Of a stretch of DNA of 64,000 bases, positions 27,215 through 41,443 are shown piece by piece. How positions within the stretch are numbered: the stretch's first letter is position 1; the number at the start of each line of letters is the position of its first letter. Both the position numbers and the translations under genes were made by a program. This stretch comes from Octopus vulgaris (lineage: Eukaryota), in assembly GCA_951406725.2 (NCBI GenBank), contig OX597834.1, positions 36,084,001 to 36,148,000 on the forward strand, written 5' to 3'. The notes under the pieces are model-generated. The model was not told the origin of the DNA. It ran no database searches and saw only the letters and a program-made list of their open reading frames with translations.

Positions 27215-28463
27215 ATGATGATGATGATGATGATGGTGAAGGTGGTAGTGGTGGTTATGGTTGTGGTGGTGGTGGTGGTGATGGTGATGACGATGATAAA
27301 GTGGTGAGGGCAATGATGATGGTGGTTGTGATGATGAGAATGGGGGCACAGGCGATGATAATGATGGTGGTGGCGGTGGTGATGACGATGGCAACGGAGG
27401 CGGCGGGGTGGGGGGTGGGGTAATGATGATGTCGATGATGATGGTAGTGGTGATGGTGGTGGTGATGACAATGATGATGATAACGAAGCAAGGGGGTCGA
27501 TGATGATGACAATAATTGTAATTGTGATGGTGGTGGTGGTGGTGGTGATGAGGAAGAGGCCGATGACAACAACGACGATGATGGGCAACAGCGATGGTGG
27601 TGGTGATGGTAATAATGATACAGTTGATGGTGGTGATGGTAGTAGAAGTGGTCGTGATGGTGGTGGCGGTATTGACAGCGATGGTGGTGGTAGTGCTGCC
27701 GAAGGTGGCAGTGATGTCAGTGGCAGTGGTGGTATGATGGTGATGAAAATGGCAGTCAAGACGGTGGTATGTTGTATAATGTATGATGGTAGTGCCAGAT
27801 GGGTGGGTGGTTGGGTGGATGGTGCAGTGTAGGTGTTATGTGAAGGTGGCATTGGCAGTAGTAGTAGTGATAGAAGTAGTTGTAGTAGTGGTGGTGGCAG
27901 CAATGGTTGTGTTGGTGAAGGCAGTAGTAGTGGTGGTGGTGCTTGTAGTAGTAGTAGTAGCAATAGAAGTAGTGGTGGTGGTGGTGGTGGTGAGTAGTAG
28001 TAGTAGTAGTGGTGGTGGTTGTAGTAGTGGTGGTGGTGACAATGGTCATATTGGTGAAGGCAGTAGTGGTGGTAGTGGTGGTGGTAAGACATTGCTCATG
28101 GGAAAGTGAAAGTAACCGGGCCTCAGGTAAACGTTTCATGTTGTATAGACAGGATCCCATTGTGCAGTATAGGTGGTAGTATCTATGCTGGTAGTGCGTT
28201 TTTGTTGGAGATAGCGTGAGCTGTAGTTGTCGTTGTTGTTGTTGTTGGTGGTGGTGGTGATGATGATGATTGTGATGACGTATGTGCGTTGTAGTAGTAG
28301 TGGTAGTTTAGTCTTGGTCATGTAATGTTGGTAACAGTATGTGTTGTAGTGGCTGTTGGTAGTGTTGTATTTGTGTCTATTGCAGTAGAAGTGGTAGTGG
28401 TGGTGGTGGTGGTTGTGATGATGGTAGTAGTAGCAGTGGTGGTAGTTTTTGTAGCGGTGATGA

Positions 28464-28503
<40 letters not shown>

Positions 28504-28900
28504 GGTGGTGGTGGTGATGATATTGATAATAGTGGTGATGGTTGTAGCAGTAGTAGCGGTGGTGGTTTTGATCCTGCTGAAGGTAGTAGTAGTAGTAGTA
28601 GTAGTTGGTCATGTACCAGTGTTGGCAATAGTATGTGTTGTAGTGGTGGTTGGTGGTGGTAGTTGTGTATGTATGTGCGTGTTGTAGCAGTAGTAGTAGT
28701 GGTAGTAGTAGTAGTAGTGGTGGTGCTTGTAGTAGTAGTAGTAGTAGAGTAGCAATAGTAGTAGTGTGTGTGTGTGCGTTTGTGTTGTAGTAGTAGTAGT
28801 GGTGGTGGTGGTGGTAGTGTCGATCATGTACAGTGTTGGTAACAGTATGCGTGGTAGTTGTAGTGGTGAGTGTTGTGTATGTTGCAGTAGTAACTGTAGT
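27215..28900. repeat. Degenerate (GAT)/(GGT)/(AGT) trinucleotide low-complexity region
   Basis: Direct observation. Confidence 0.9.
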
Positions 28901-29096
28901 CTTGCTCACGTATAGGGTTAATAATTGTGATAGTGCGTGTATATGCATATGTATGCATGTGTGCGTATAGGCATGTTTGTGTGTGTGTATATGTCTGCGT
29001 GTGTATGTGTGTGTATGTTTGTATGTGCGTGCATGTGTATGTGTATGATTATATATATATATATATATATATGCATGTTTATGTGTGTGTGTGTGT

Positions 29097-29136
<40 letters not shown>

Positions 29137-29154
29137 GCATGTTTGTGTGCACGA

Positions 29155-29236
<82 letters not shown>

Positions 29237-30239
29237 ATGTAAATAAACAACGGTAGACAAAGCCGCTGTGAGAACTGGACATACGTCGGTCGTCGTCGAA
29301 AGAATTGGAGCAAAGAAGCGGGGTGGGTGGAGGAGTGGGAGAGAGAGAGAGAGGGTACGAGGGAAAGAGGGAAAAAAATGAGCGAAAGGGAGTAGGAGTG
29401 AAAGACAAAAGACGAAAGGAGGGGGTGACAGGGAGGAAGAAAGCGAGAGATAGAGAGAAAGAGAGAGAGAGGGAAGAAGGGACAACGAAAAAGAGAGCAA
29501 GAGAGAGATAAAGAGAGAAAGGGTAGGAGAGGTAAAGGAGAGAAAGAGAAGTGGATAGAGAGTAGGAGGGCTCGAGAAAGAAAGAAAGAAAGAAAGAAAG
29601 AAGGAAAGAAAGAGATTGGAAGGAAGAGGGACAGTGAAAAAGGAGGGGAAGAGAGAGGAACGAAAAGACAGCAAAAGGTGAGGAGGAGGAGGGATATTAG
29701 AAGGCGAAGTAAAGGGGTCGATTGATACCGCGATGACGGTGGCGCCGACGGAGTACGGGGGGGGGGGTCACGACCATGATGATGGTGGCGGCGGAGATGC
29801 TCGAGGGAGGTTGAATGGTGGTGATGGCGGCGGCGGTGGGTTTTACTTGGGCTTGATGTATGGTGTAGCGAAGGAGTTTCTGTGTGGTCCTGTGTATGGT
29901 ATTGTAAGGTATGGCGTAATGTAGTACAGTACGGCATGGCATGGTATGGTATAACACAGCGTGGTATGGGTTTTATGTGGTATAACGGAGTATATAGAAT
30001 CGTGTAGTATGGTGGAGGGGGGATTTATAACGTGGTGTGATGTAGTACGGTGTGGTATGGTATGGTATGGTGTAGGGTGGTGTCGTACAGTGTTTGTGGT
30101 GTAGCGCAGGTCTGGTTAAAGACGATGGTAATTGAAGATGCTGTGTTGGATATATTTGTGTCACTGAGTGGAAAATGATGTCACACACATTTGATTCATC
30201 GTTTGATTCACGGCCATGACGACGATGAGGAGGTTAGTG

Positions 30240-30444
30240 ATGGTGGTGGTGGTGGTGGTGGTGGTGGTGATGAGGATGATCGTGGTGATCGTGATGATGA
30301 TGATGATGATGATGATGATGGTGATGAGGATGATCGTGGTGATCGTGATGATGATGATGATGATGATGGTGATGAGGATGATCGTGGTGATCGTGATGAT
30401 GATGATGATGATGATGATGGTGATGAGGATGATCGTGGTGATCG

Positions 30445-30490
<46 letters not shown>

Positions 30491-30513
30491 GATGAGGATG
30501 ATCGTGGTGATCG

Positions 30514-30551
<38 letters not shown>

Positions 30552-30576
30552 GTGATGAGGATGATCGTGGTGATCG

Positions 30577-30625
<49 letters not shown>

Positions 30626-30702
30626 GATGAGGATGATCGTGGTGATCGTGATGATGATGATGATGATGATGATGATGGTGATGAGGATGATCGTGGTGAT
30701 CG

Positions 30703-30751
<49 letters not shown>

Positions 30752-30781
30752 GATGAGGATGATCGTGGTGATCGTGATGAC

Positions 30782-30812
<31 letters not shown>

Positions 30813-30815
30813 GCG
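30240..30815. repeat. Higher-order minisatellite GGTGATGAGGATGATCGTGGTGATCGT(GAT)n, about 9 units
   Basis: A constant 27-bp block alternates with variable GAT runs. Confidence 0.92.
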
Positions 30816-31406
30816 GTGGTGATGATTGTGACGACGATGATAACGATGATGATGATGGTGATGACCATCATCATTCCCATGATGGTCGTGGTAGTCGTAG
30901 TGGTAGTGATGGACGGTGATCATGGCGATGATGATGATGATGTTGGCTGCGATGGCGATGATAATGATGATGATGATAATGATGATGAAAACGATGACGT
31001 CGACAACGAAGAGAGAAAGACGATGACGGTGTGGCGGTGATGATGGCAATTCTTGTTTTTGTTTAGCCGCCCTCCAACCCCGGCCTCCACCACTAGGCCA
31101 CCCTAGTTTGATCTGTGATCGAAGACACACAAACTGTAAAACATCCCGTTATTTTTGAAGTTTTTTTTTTTATTTAACCCAGACATAGAGATGATATATG
31201 TACCTAGGAATGCATCATCCAATGTGTTCTTTAATTTAATTTAATTTAATTTAATTTTATTTTATTTTATTTTATTATATTTTGTAAGGCAGTTTTTTTG
31301 TGGAGGGAGATGGGTTTTTTTGCTTCATTTTTTGTATATTGGTGCTGATAAATTTCGCTGCTATTTCTAGCTTATCGAATGACCTGTTAGAGGATCAATC
31401 GTTGTC

Positions 31407-31473
<67 letters not shown>

Positions 31474-31558
31474 GTGGTGGTGACGGCGATGATGATGACA
31501 ATGATGATGATGAAGAGCGGTGGTGGAAGAGGAGAGTGAAACAAAGAAATAAAGAAAT

Positions 31559-31619
<61 letters not shown>

Positions 31620-31699
31620 CATGGAGAAAAGAAATAAAAAAAGACAGCTAGAGATAGAGAGAAAGAATGAGTATGAAAGCAGACGAATGTGATTCTTAC

Positions 31700-31856
31700 C
31701 TCATGTCATGTGTAAAAATAGGTGGTCTTCCACTGAGGCTGCTTCACGTTATTTGTTCTTCTCTGGCTTCTTTCTTCCTTCCTTCTTTGTCTCTTCGCTT
31801 TGTCTCTTTCTCTCTTTCTTTCATTTAATTGAAGACAAATCCCTTGTCAGGTGAAC
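31700..31856 (-). other. Candidate non-coding exon
   Basis: On the minus strand: TTGCAG| acceptor, purine-rich unique body, strong donor GAG|GTAAGA. No recognisable coding frame. Confidence 0.25.
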
Positions 31857-31938
31857 TGCAACCACCTATACCGATACAATACAATATATATATATATACA
31901 CATATAATATACACACACATGTATATACACACCTATAC

Positions 31939-31999
<61 letters not shown>

Positions 32000-32442
32000 T
32001 GTGTGTGTGGGTCTATATGAGCGCATATGTATGAATGTATAGAAATATATGTATGTGATATGAACTTTTTCTGATCGATCACTATAGATCGCTCTCTTTC
32101 TCTCTTTATATATATAAATGTTTGTGTATATATATATATATATACAAACATATATATATATATAAATGTTTATATATATATAAATGTTTGTATATATATA
32201 TATATAAATGTTTATATATATATATAAATATATATATATTTATAAATATTTGTATATATATATATATATATATATACATACGTAAAAACTTACATACAAA
32301 CATAAAACATACATCTGTATATAAATATATAGTATGTGTATATATGTGTATATACATATATATATATATATATATATAATGCACACACACACACGCACAT
32401 GTTTATTTATTTATTTATCTTTAGCAGAAGCATCAGAGTGAC

Positions 32443-32507
32443 CCGAGGTCCGAGAGTTTCGTGCGTCTGATAAGTGCCAACGCACGAAACTCAAGGACCT
32501 TGGTTCC
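32443..32507. repeat. Inverted junction of two hammerhead-bearing repeat ends
   Basis: GAGTTTCGTGCGT and ACGCACGAAACTC form a hairpin. The plus strand reads CTGATAA GTGC-caac-GCAC GAAA (32467-32489). Same family as 9513-9574. Confidence 0.7.
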
Positions 32508-33191
32508 CTGTGGCACGAAATGATGTCCATTCGGTTATTTCTGCTCAATATTAATAAGAACATACATATGCTCATATTTTCAGTTCTAATTTCCCCCTGT
32601 TTGCATCAACACACCTGTGTATATGATATATGTATGTTTGTATGTATGTATGTATATATATATACAAGCGAATCGTCTAAGAGACCATTAGTCAGGGAAA
32701 AGATGCACTAATTATACATGTCGGATTATATATATATATATTTATATAAACATGTCCGTCTGTCTCCCTTATATACACAAGCTTACATACATAGAAACAT
32801 ACCATTTTACATACGCACATATATACATACATACATACATACAGATATATATACATACACACATACTACATACATAGATACATACATAGATACATACATG
32901 TATTCATATATATTTATATATATACATACAAACGCACAAACTTATATATACACGCTCTACCTATATCTAACGCAATTGCTATAGAAATATATACACACGC
33001 ATATGTTTATATATACTTCTATATAATAATAATAATAATAATATAAATACGTTATCTCTGATTCCCTGGCCTTTCTCTCTCTCTCTCTCTCTCTCTTTCA
33101 TTCTATACATCACCTCTATATAATCTTTCCTCGTTCTTGTATATACATTTATCAGCATGTATATATATATATATATATTACATATGCATAC

Positions 33192-33224
<33 letters not shown>

Positions 33225-33694
33225 TACATATGCATACATATATACATATTACATATTTATATATGATATATACCTTTAAAAATACGCACATAAATATATA
33301 TTTATATATGGTTATACAAGTATATATACCTCTTTTTAATTATATATGTTGTCTCTGTTTCGTTTTTCTCTCGGAATATTATTATATTTTCCCTCTTTCC
33401 GTGCGCTTTCTCTCCTTTGTATCCAGGTCTCGTCTCTCTTGTATTTGTTCTCTTTGTTCGCACTCTCTCTCTCTCTCTCCCTAATTGTCCCTCTCTCTCT
33501 CTCTCTCACTCTCTCTCTGTCCGTGTCTCTTACTGTCTCTCTCTTTTTTTACTTTGTTCTCCCTCTTCTTTTATAGCCTATCTTTCTCTCTTACTATCAA
33601 TCTATCGAACAAGATCAACCCAATGATGATGATGATCTATCGATCTGTTTATCTACCTATCAGTCACTCTCTCTCTCCCTCTCTGTATATATGC

Positions 33695-33774
<80 letters not shown>

Positions 33775-34224
33775 TTCTCTTTCACCCTACGCCGTTCTAT
33801 TTCTTTGTCTCTAATTCTTTCAGCATCTTTCTTTCTCCGCCAGTCTATCTCTTTCTATATTTTTCTTTCGCTCTCTCCTTTCATTTTCTCTATATGTCTG
33901 TCTATCACTCTGTATCTCTCTCTTTCTCTTCCTCTATATGTCTCTCTCTCTCTCTGCACTCCTTTCTCTCGCCCCTTCACTCGTCTCCTATCCAGGTTTA
34001 ACCTCCATTTGCTCACACACGCACTCGACCTCCCTGTCTTACCTTTTGTCTTATATCCCCTGCCCCTGTCCCCTGTCTCCAGTCCTGTCTTTTTATAAAT
34101 ACCCTATTAGCCCCTTAACCTTCGTATAACAATGTCCCTCTCTCATACTTCCTCAATATACCACCTCACTCTCCCTTTCTCTCCTCTTAAAATATTCCTT
34201 TCGCTCAACGTCTCTATGTCGGTC

Positions 34225-34274
<50 letters not shown>

Positions 34275-34482
34275 CCTACCTATCTATCCATCTATCTATC
34301 CATCTATCTATCTATCTATCTATCTATCTTTTTTTATCCCCCCCTTTTTTTATCCTCTTTCTTTCCATTTACGATCCCTTTTGATCGAAAACCAAACCCC
34401 CTTCTTTTACCCCCAATATAAAAGCTCTACCTTGTAATTTTGTCCTGTCTGTGTGCAGCCCTGTGTGGCTAATAAAGAAACA

Positions 34483-34556
<74 letters not shown>

Positions 34557-34812
34557 CCTATCTATCTATCTACCTACCTATCTATCTATCTGTCAACCAG
34601 TTTCTGTCTCTTTCTTTCTTTCTTTCTCTCTTTCTTTCTTTCTTTCTTTCTCTCTCTCTCTTTGTATATATATATATATATATATATCTTCCTGTGCTAA
34701 TTTGTCTGTCGTTCTGTCTGCCTCTCTGTCTGCCTCTCTGTCTATCTATCTTTTACTTCCATTCCAGAAACCAGATCTCGTCCCCCGTTCGCTCTTTCTT
34801 TTCGCCTCTCGC

Positions 34813-34864
<52 letters not shown>

Positions 34865-34969
34865 TTCTTAATCCTGGCTTCTTTTTTACGCTTCTCTCTT
34901 TCGATTCCAACATTCTTGCCCTGCGATTCATTCAATTATCTCTCTCTCTCCTTTAAAATCTCTCTCACC

Positions 34970-35007
<38 letters not shown>

Positions 35008-35327
35008 TGAGCGTGTGTGTATATGTATGTAAGCCTGTGTTTATAATGTCATCTTCCTCTGTTTCTCTCTCCTCTTTCTCTCTCTCTTTGTCCCGGTATA
35101 CATAAGTGTGCGTGCGTGTGTGAACGTATGTTTCAAAATGCGTATCTGTCGAGTGTCCCAGGAGACAATTTAAACATCAATATAATGCTTTAACACAAAC
35201 TTACTCAGTGACACCGGGTATACGTTCATGTAAATAAACATGTATGCATGTATGCATGTATGTATGTATGCATGCATGCATGTGTGTATGTATGTATGTA
35301 CACACTCACATGTATGTATGTTTGTAT

Positions 35328-35657
35328 GAGAGCTCAAAATCTCTCGTGGAAGCGCCACCCAACCAAAATGCAAATATATGGGAAACTACCACCTGTGTCA
35401 TCTCTTGTGAAAGGTAAGAGAGTCCAGTTTGCTGGACATTGTTGTAGAGCTGAAAAAGAGGTAATTTCTACTCTTCTCCTCTGGAAGCCATCTACTCGCA
35501 ATACCAGAGGGCGGACACTCTCCTACCCTGATGTAATCTCCAGGGATACAGGCATCCAGCAACAGGACCTCCGTAATGCCATGATGGACCGTGAAGTCTG
35601 GCGTAGCATGGTAAATTCCATTGTCTCGACCACGGTCGAACAATGATGATGATGATG
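35328..35657 (+). mobile_element. 3' fragment of an RTE-type LINE with (TGA)n tail
   Basis: RAQNLSWKRHPTKMQIYGKLPPVS..RVQFAGHCCR..LLWKP..NAMMDREVWRSMV is a typical RTE ORF C-terminus, followed by a short-repeat tail. Confidence 0.85.
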
Positions 35658-36424
35658 TTTGTATGTATGTAGTCAACAAATAAGATCCAAAGATTATTGG
35701 TATTAGAAGACATCTAGTAAAAGTCCACAAGTTTCAAACTAAGACACTGATGTTTTTACAGGGGATCAAATCTACGGGATAAAGAATGGCTTTAAGCGGG
35801 ATCAAGTTGAGAATCACTGGATCATATCTGCTCAAACTGATCCATCTTATAGTCATTCTGTATCTCGTGGAATTGACGCCCTCTAAAGACATCGGAGTGT
35901 ATGCATGTATATGTACACGGGAATGGCGGGGGTGGGGTGGGGTGTGAAAAGTCCCTGGCTTTAAGGGTGTTGTAGGCTCATCCTTCCGAGTTCTTTTACA
36001 GGGCTTAGACAAACTGAAGGAGCGCTGCAATATGTTCAATAAAATCATAACTGATCCTCCTGTATTTTCTTTTATCCAAAGCAAGGAACGTTTCAGCACC
36101 CTTCGTATCAATGTGTGTGTGTGTGTTTGTGTGTATGTGTGTGTGTATGTGTGTGTGTGTGTGTGTGTATGTGTGTGCGTTAAATAGACCTGTCCTTTAG
36201 ACGGTTTAAGTTGCTTTGGTGGTATTTTTTTCACCAAATAATTGAATTGCGAAGAAGATTTATGAGTAGCACGGCAGTCTATGTTTCCGATTAATCTAGG
36301 AACAGAAAACCAAATTCAAGGCTGGTTATCCTGGATGTGGTTGCACTTTAAAGATCATAGAACATTTAAGTTTGCAAGCCAAGCAAAGTAGAGCTACTGA
36401 AGTGTTTTGGGAGTAGATTATGAA

Positions 36425-36757
36425 TAAAGACCCCCTTCGGTCATGAATGACCATGGGATTGCACCTAGAAAGTTACCCTCCTAGACACAAGTCCGGGCAA
36501 GGTTGTTTATGGAAGGCCAGCAGTCGCCCATGCATACTGGCCACCCCTCTCCACGCCACCAGTGTTATCCAATGGAAAGACAAAGGTCGATACAGCTTGG
36601 CACCAGTGACGTCGCAACTCATTTCTACAGCTGAGTGAACTGGAGCAACGTGAAATAAAGTGCCTTGCTCGAGAACATAACACGCAGCCCGGTCCGGGAT
36701 TCGAGCTCACAACCTCACGATCGTAAGCTCGACGCTCTAACCACTGAGCCATGCGCC
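36425..36757 (-). mobile_element. tRNA-derived SINE family C (CORE-like block)
   Basis: Box A TGGCTCAGTGG and box B-like GAGCTCGAATCCC. Second copy at 50677-51003 (+). Confidence 0.9.
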
Positions 36758-37219
36758 TTCATTATTATGAATAATGACTACAAAATATCGTTGTTTTACA
36801 TGAAAGAGAAATTTCTTGTCAGAAACAGCCGCATAAATGGTGTAATGAACTTGAAAGAAGACGTTAAAACTTCCCCTCTGCGAGTTTATTTCATTCAACA
36901 GCAAAGAGAGCTATTTTTTCGGAGAGATAAGCTAACAAACACCCCTTTATTCTGTCTTCCCACATAGCCTATGCATAAACTAACAGCGAATGCTGCATAA
37001 AGTTAAATTGGTATGGAACTTTCCGAAAGATACGTATAGCTTTCGCTAGTGGAAGCAAAACTCGTTTTTCCTTATAATATCACTGTCCAGCGTCCTAGTA
37101 AAATATATGTAACGCATGAACAGAACCTGAAAGATTGATTGGAGACACATGGCGTATATTATGAATATAACGAGATAAATTATCAAAATAAAAAAGCAAA
37201 ACAACATGAAACTGGATGG

Positions 37220-37601
37220 AAGCACTCCGTCGGTAACGACGATGAGGGTTCCGGTTGATCCGAATCAACGGAACAGCCTGCTCGTGAAATTAACGTGTAA
37301 GTGGCTGAGCACTCCACAGACACGTGTACCCTTAACGTAGTTCTCGGGGATATTCAGCGTGACACAGAGAGTGACAAGGCCGGCCCTTTGAAATACAGGT
37401 ACAACAGAAACAGGAAGTAAGAGTGAGAGAAAGTTGTGGTGAAAGAGTACAGCAGGGATCACCACCATCCCTTGCCGGAGCCTTGTGGAGCTTTAGGTGT
37501 TTTCGCTCAATAAACACTCACAACGCCCGGTCTGGGAATCGAAACCACGATCCTATGATCGCGAGTCCGCTGCCCTAACCACTGGGCCATTGCGCCTCCA
37601 C
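37220..37601 (-). mobile_element. tRNA-derived SINE family D
   Basis: Box A TGGCCCAGTGG and box B GTTTCGATTCCC. 3' region shared with 19215-20040, 20060-20360 and 47650-48345. Confidence 0.85.
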
Positions 37602-38624
37602 TAAGATGAAACTATTAGCAGCCTTAAGGCTGAAACGTGTAAAAGGATAAAAGAATGTGTGTGTGTGTGTGTGTGTGTGTGTTTATCGTTGTATCCTCTT
37701 ACTTAACTACTGGTGTTGGTTTGTTTATGTTCTCGTAACGTAGCGGTTCGGCAAAAACAACTGATAAAGTATGAGAGTTAAAAATTAAGTCCTGGGGGTC
37801 GATATTTGTTAGGCTAAACCCTCTAAGGTTGTGCCCCAGCATGGCCACATTCCAGTGACTGAAACGGGTAGAAGAAATAAATGAAAAAGAGACAAAGACA
37901 CATGTGTATAGGGAAGGGTATGAGGTGGAGGGGAGGGAGTAAAGATGGAGAAGGGAAAACGTGTCTCACGGAATGAGAGGGAAAGAAAGGCGAATGCATG
38001 GAGACATCACTAAGAGAAAGAGTATGAGTATGAGTATGAGTATGAGAAGGAGAGAGAGTGAGTGCGTGAGAGAGAAAGGGAGAAAGAGAGTGAGAGCAGA
38101 GAGAGAGAGAGTAGAAGTAGAAGTGAGAGAGAGGGGAGAATGGAAGTTGGAAAGTAGGGGATGTATATGTGTGTATGTGTGTATGTGTGTGCGTGTGTGC
38201 GTGTGTGTGTGTGAGAGAATAACATAAGAGGAACACGTGTGTGTGTGTGTCTGTGTGTGTAAGAGATAGAGAGGAAGAAAAGGAGGGACAGCTATAGAAG
38301 TAGATGGACGTGTGAGAAAGAGATAGATAGACAAGCAGATGTAGGGGGACGTGAGTAAGAAAGACAGGGAGAAAGAGAGAGAGAGAGAGTAGCAGAAGTA
38401 GAAAGTCGTGTGTGTAAGAGAGAGAGAGAGAAAGACAGACAGAGAGAGAGACAGAGAGCGCTAGGAATGTCGGGAATGGACGAGAAAAAAATAAAGCGAG
38501 TGATGGTCGTCTGCAATAACGATTGCTGGAATGACGGGGAGGAAAAAGTATTTTTGGTTTTAATGTTTACAACTTGACTGGGAACAAAAATCAGAAAAAA
38601 GTAATGCAACAGGTGTAAAAAGAA

Positions 38625-38890
38625 AATGGGTAGGAAATGAATATGAAAAAAAAAATAAAAAAGCGCGTAGAGCAACGGGAGGGTGGGGGGAGGCCCTCGG
38701 AAAATTCACAAAATCCGAGTTTTTCCCTCATAACTTTTAGGAAAATGAGGATTTTTTTTCAATGAAATATTCTTATAGAAATACCTTTCAAACGGCATAC
38801 ATTACGATTATAAAAAAAGTTATGAGGGAAAATCTTGAAGTGGGGAGAGGACTTTCGGAAAATCCCAAAGATTCGAATTTTTCCTCGTTA
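38625..38890. repeat. Unclassified ~260-bp repeat with an inverted partner at 40543-40795
   Basis: Each copy carries an internal direct repeat (GAGGGAAAAACTCGGATCTTGTGAATTTTCCGA in the 40543 copy). The two are diverged reverse complements. Confidence 0.75.
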
Positions 38891-38986
38891 TATTCCGAAA
38901 TCACATTAAACTTTGTACAGAAACCCTAGCGTAGTACTACCACACTATGTGGTGTTTATCTTAAATTATTTTTACGCTTCTTTAAC

Positions 38987-39093
<107 letters not shown>

Positions 39094-39279
39094 TACATAT
39101 ATATATATATATCTTATATACATATATATATATATATACACACATATATTTACACACATATATACGCACACACACATACACACACACACACACACATATG
39201 TATACACACACATATGTATACACACACATATATACACACACATATATACACATACACACCCACATATATATATATATAC

Positions 39280-39324
<45 letters not shown>

Positions 39325-39325
<1 letters not shown>

Positions 39326-39870
39326 GTACCAGGCAGTGGCTCTCATGGCTTCTGATCTTAACTGATTGGTAGTGTTATCATGTACATTGTTTTGTCTTGG
39401 TATAAAAGATGGGCTACAGTAACTATTCTGTTCAATACCACAGATTTGCTTGTCAGTTGTTTGACCTTAACCAGTTGAGCATGTCCCTTAGTGGCTGACG
39501 ATATGTGCATCTCTGATCACGAGCAGAAGTAGTGGGGGAGCATCATAGCCATGTGTTGAGAAGGATTCTTTGGGGTTTGAATAATTCACCTCTGGAAACA
39601 TGGGTGTTTCGTTCAACGTCCTTAAACAACCCTTATTCAGGGACCATTTGAGCAGGATGGGTTACTCGATCTGAAGAAAATTCTAACTGGGCTCCACCTG
39701 CAAGGTCATGTGCTGTTTATCTTGATATGAGATCACTATGTCGCGCACATATAGTTGTGATGCATGTGCCTGGTGTACCCTTATCAGACGGGTAGTCATG
39801 ATGGGTATATTGGGCTTCGTATATTTTACCCCAGTGTCACTTTGATGGCATGCTCTGCTCGCTCACTCAA
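39325..39870 (+). mobile_element. Second copy of the ~550-bp (TAA)n-embedded repeat
   Basis: Reverse complement of 6626-7160, flanked by (AAT)n on both sides. Confidence 0.85.
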
Positions 39871-40080
39871 TAATAATAATAATAATATTACGTAATATGT
39901 AATTTTTCTAAATAGTATAATTTAATTTTTCATTATTGAATTTATAAAAGGTGTGTTTTTTTCTAATTCATATATATATATATATTGTTTTATTTATATT
40001 TCCTGAGCGCCATACTAATACAATTGTTCGTTTGTTTTCCACCTGCCTTCGTCTTTTGTTTATTTTCATAAAGCTTCCCG

Positions 40081-40113
<33 letters not shown>

Positions 40114-40114
<1 letters not shown>

Positions 40115-40484
40115 TAGCAGTATCGCCCGGCGTTGCTCAGGTTTGTAAGGGAAATAACTATAAAGCATTTTTAGAGAGTTATAGCCAAAAAATAGCAAAA
40201 AAATGGAAAAAAATGATAGTAAATTTTTTTGAGAGTTAAAAAAGGTCGAGTTGCGTCCCCTAGACAGTCTGTGGTTTGTGTTTCTGATTCTCGACCCCAT
40301 GTCGAATTTATCGATTTTTTTCAGAACTGGGGGAACTTTTCAAAATTTTCGCTGCGTTAGTTTTGAATTATGACATTGGGCTATGTGTGTGTCAAGTTTC
40401 ATCAGAATCGGTTGAAAGCAGTGGTCAGGGTGAGGGTACAACCAAACAGACACACAGAAACACACACAGACAAACTGCCGTTTA

Positions 40485-40490
<6 letters not shown>
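40114..40490 (-). mobile_element. Non-autonomous Helitron, subfamily 2
   Basis: Minus-strand 3' end CCTGAGCAACGCCGGGCGATACTGCTAG|T (hairpin + CTAG). Highly similar to 54836-55210. Confidence 0.85.
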
Positions 40491-40538
<48 letters not shown>

Positions 40539-41306
40539 CAGTCATGAGGGAAAAACTCGGATCTTGTGAATTTTCCGAAGTCCTCTCCCCACCCCTTGGA
40601 AAAGATTTTACTCTCAAATTACTTTATAATTGTAATGTAAGCCGTTTGAAAGGTTTTTCTCTAAAATTTCATTGAAAAACCCCCATTTTCCTAATATTTA
40701 CGAGGGAAAAACTCGGATCTTGTGAATTTTCCGAGGTCCTCTCCACACCCTCCCGTTGCTTTGCGCGCATTTTTTTTTCATATTCGTTTCCTATGAATTT
40801 TTTTTCTATGAAGTTTAAAGGTGGAGGGAAACTATGGAGGTATTATTGTATGTAGTTTGTAGATGGTTGACTGATTCACTGACATAAGTCACATTTTAAC
40901 GGTAGATGGAAATTTCTTGATGGAACCAAGACACAGCAGTAGGATGAGCAGTGAGGGGGGTATTTGTAGTTGTAAGATAATTAATAAATATCCTGGAAAC
41001 AGCTGTAAGACCTTCTATCTATAAATGTTCTAATATCTACACACCCTTGGCTTCTTTATCTCATTACGCTAACAATTCTTATATACATGTATGTATGTAT
41101 ATATATATATATATATATAATAATAAATATTAGGGAATAAATCCAAATTTACAGGGAAAATCAGATTTAGGATTGAATCCAATTTTATAGTAAAATATTA
41201 TATAATATTAATTAGAGACAAAACCACTATTTTGCAAATCAAACAAAGAAAGACTTAATCCAATACATAAAAAAAATTTAATATAAATTAAATAAAATTA
41301 TATTCG

Positions 41307-41352
41307 CCACTACAATTGTTTCATGTCTCTTCTCAGGACATTCATCAGGTGG
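41307..41352 (-). ncRNA. Canonical-core minimal type-I hammerhead ribozyme (GUA triplet)
   Basis: CCAC CTGATGA ATGTC-ctgagaaga-GACAT GAAA CAATTG TA GTGG: all core nucleotides present, perfect stems I and II, palindromic stem III. Confidence 0.85.
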
Positions 41353-41383
41353 ATTTCAGTGATTTGCAAAATAGTGTCTCTAA

Positions 41384-41443
<60 letters not shown>

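Noticed and set aside
28136-31130. His-, Thr-, Asp- or Met-rich ORFs
   Set aside because: Trinucleotide and dinucleotide microsatellites open in multiple overlapping frames; no domain or gene structure.
35755-35885. Plus-strand exon after TTTTACAG
   Set aside because: Contains a hAT-MITE-like end (GTTGAGAATCACTG) and has no convincing donor or homology.
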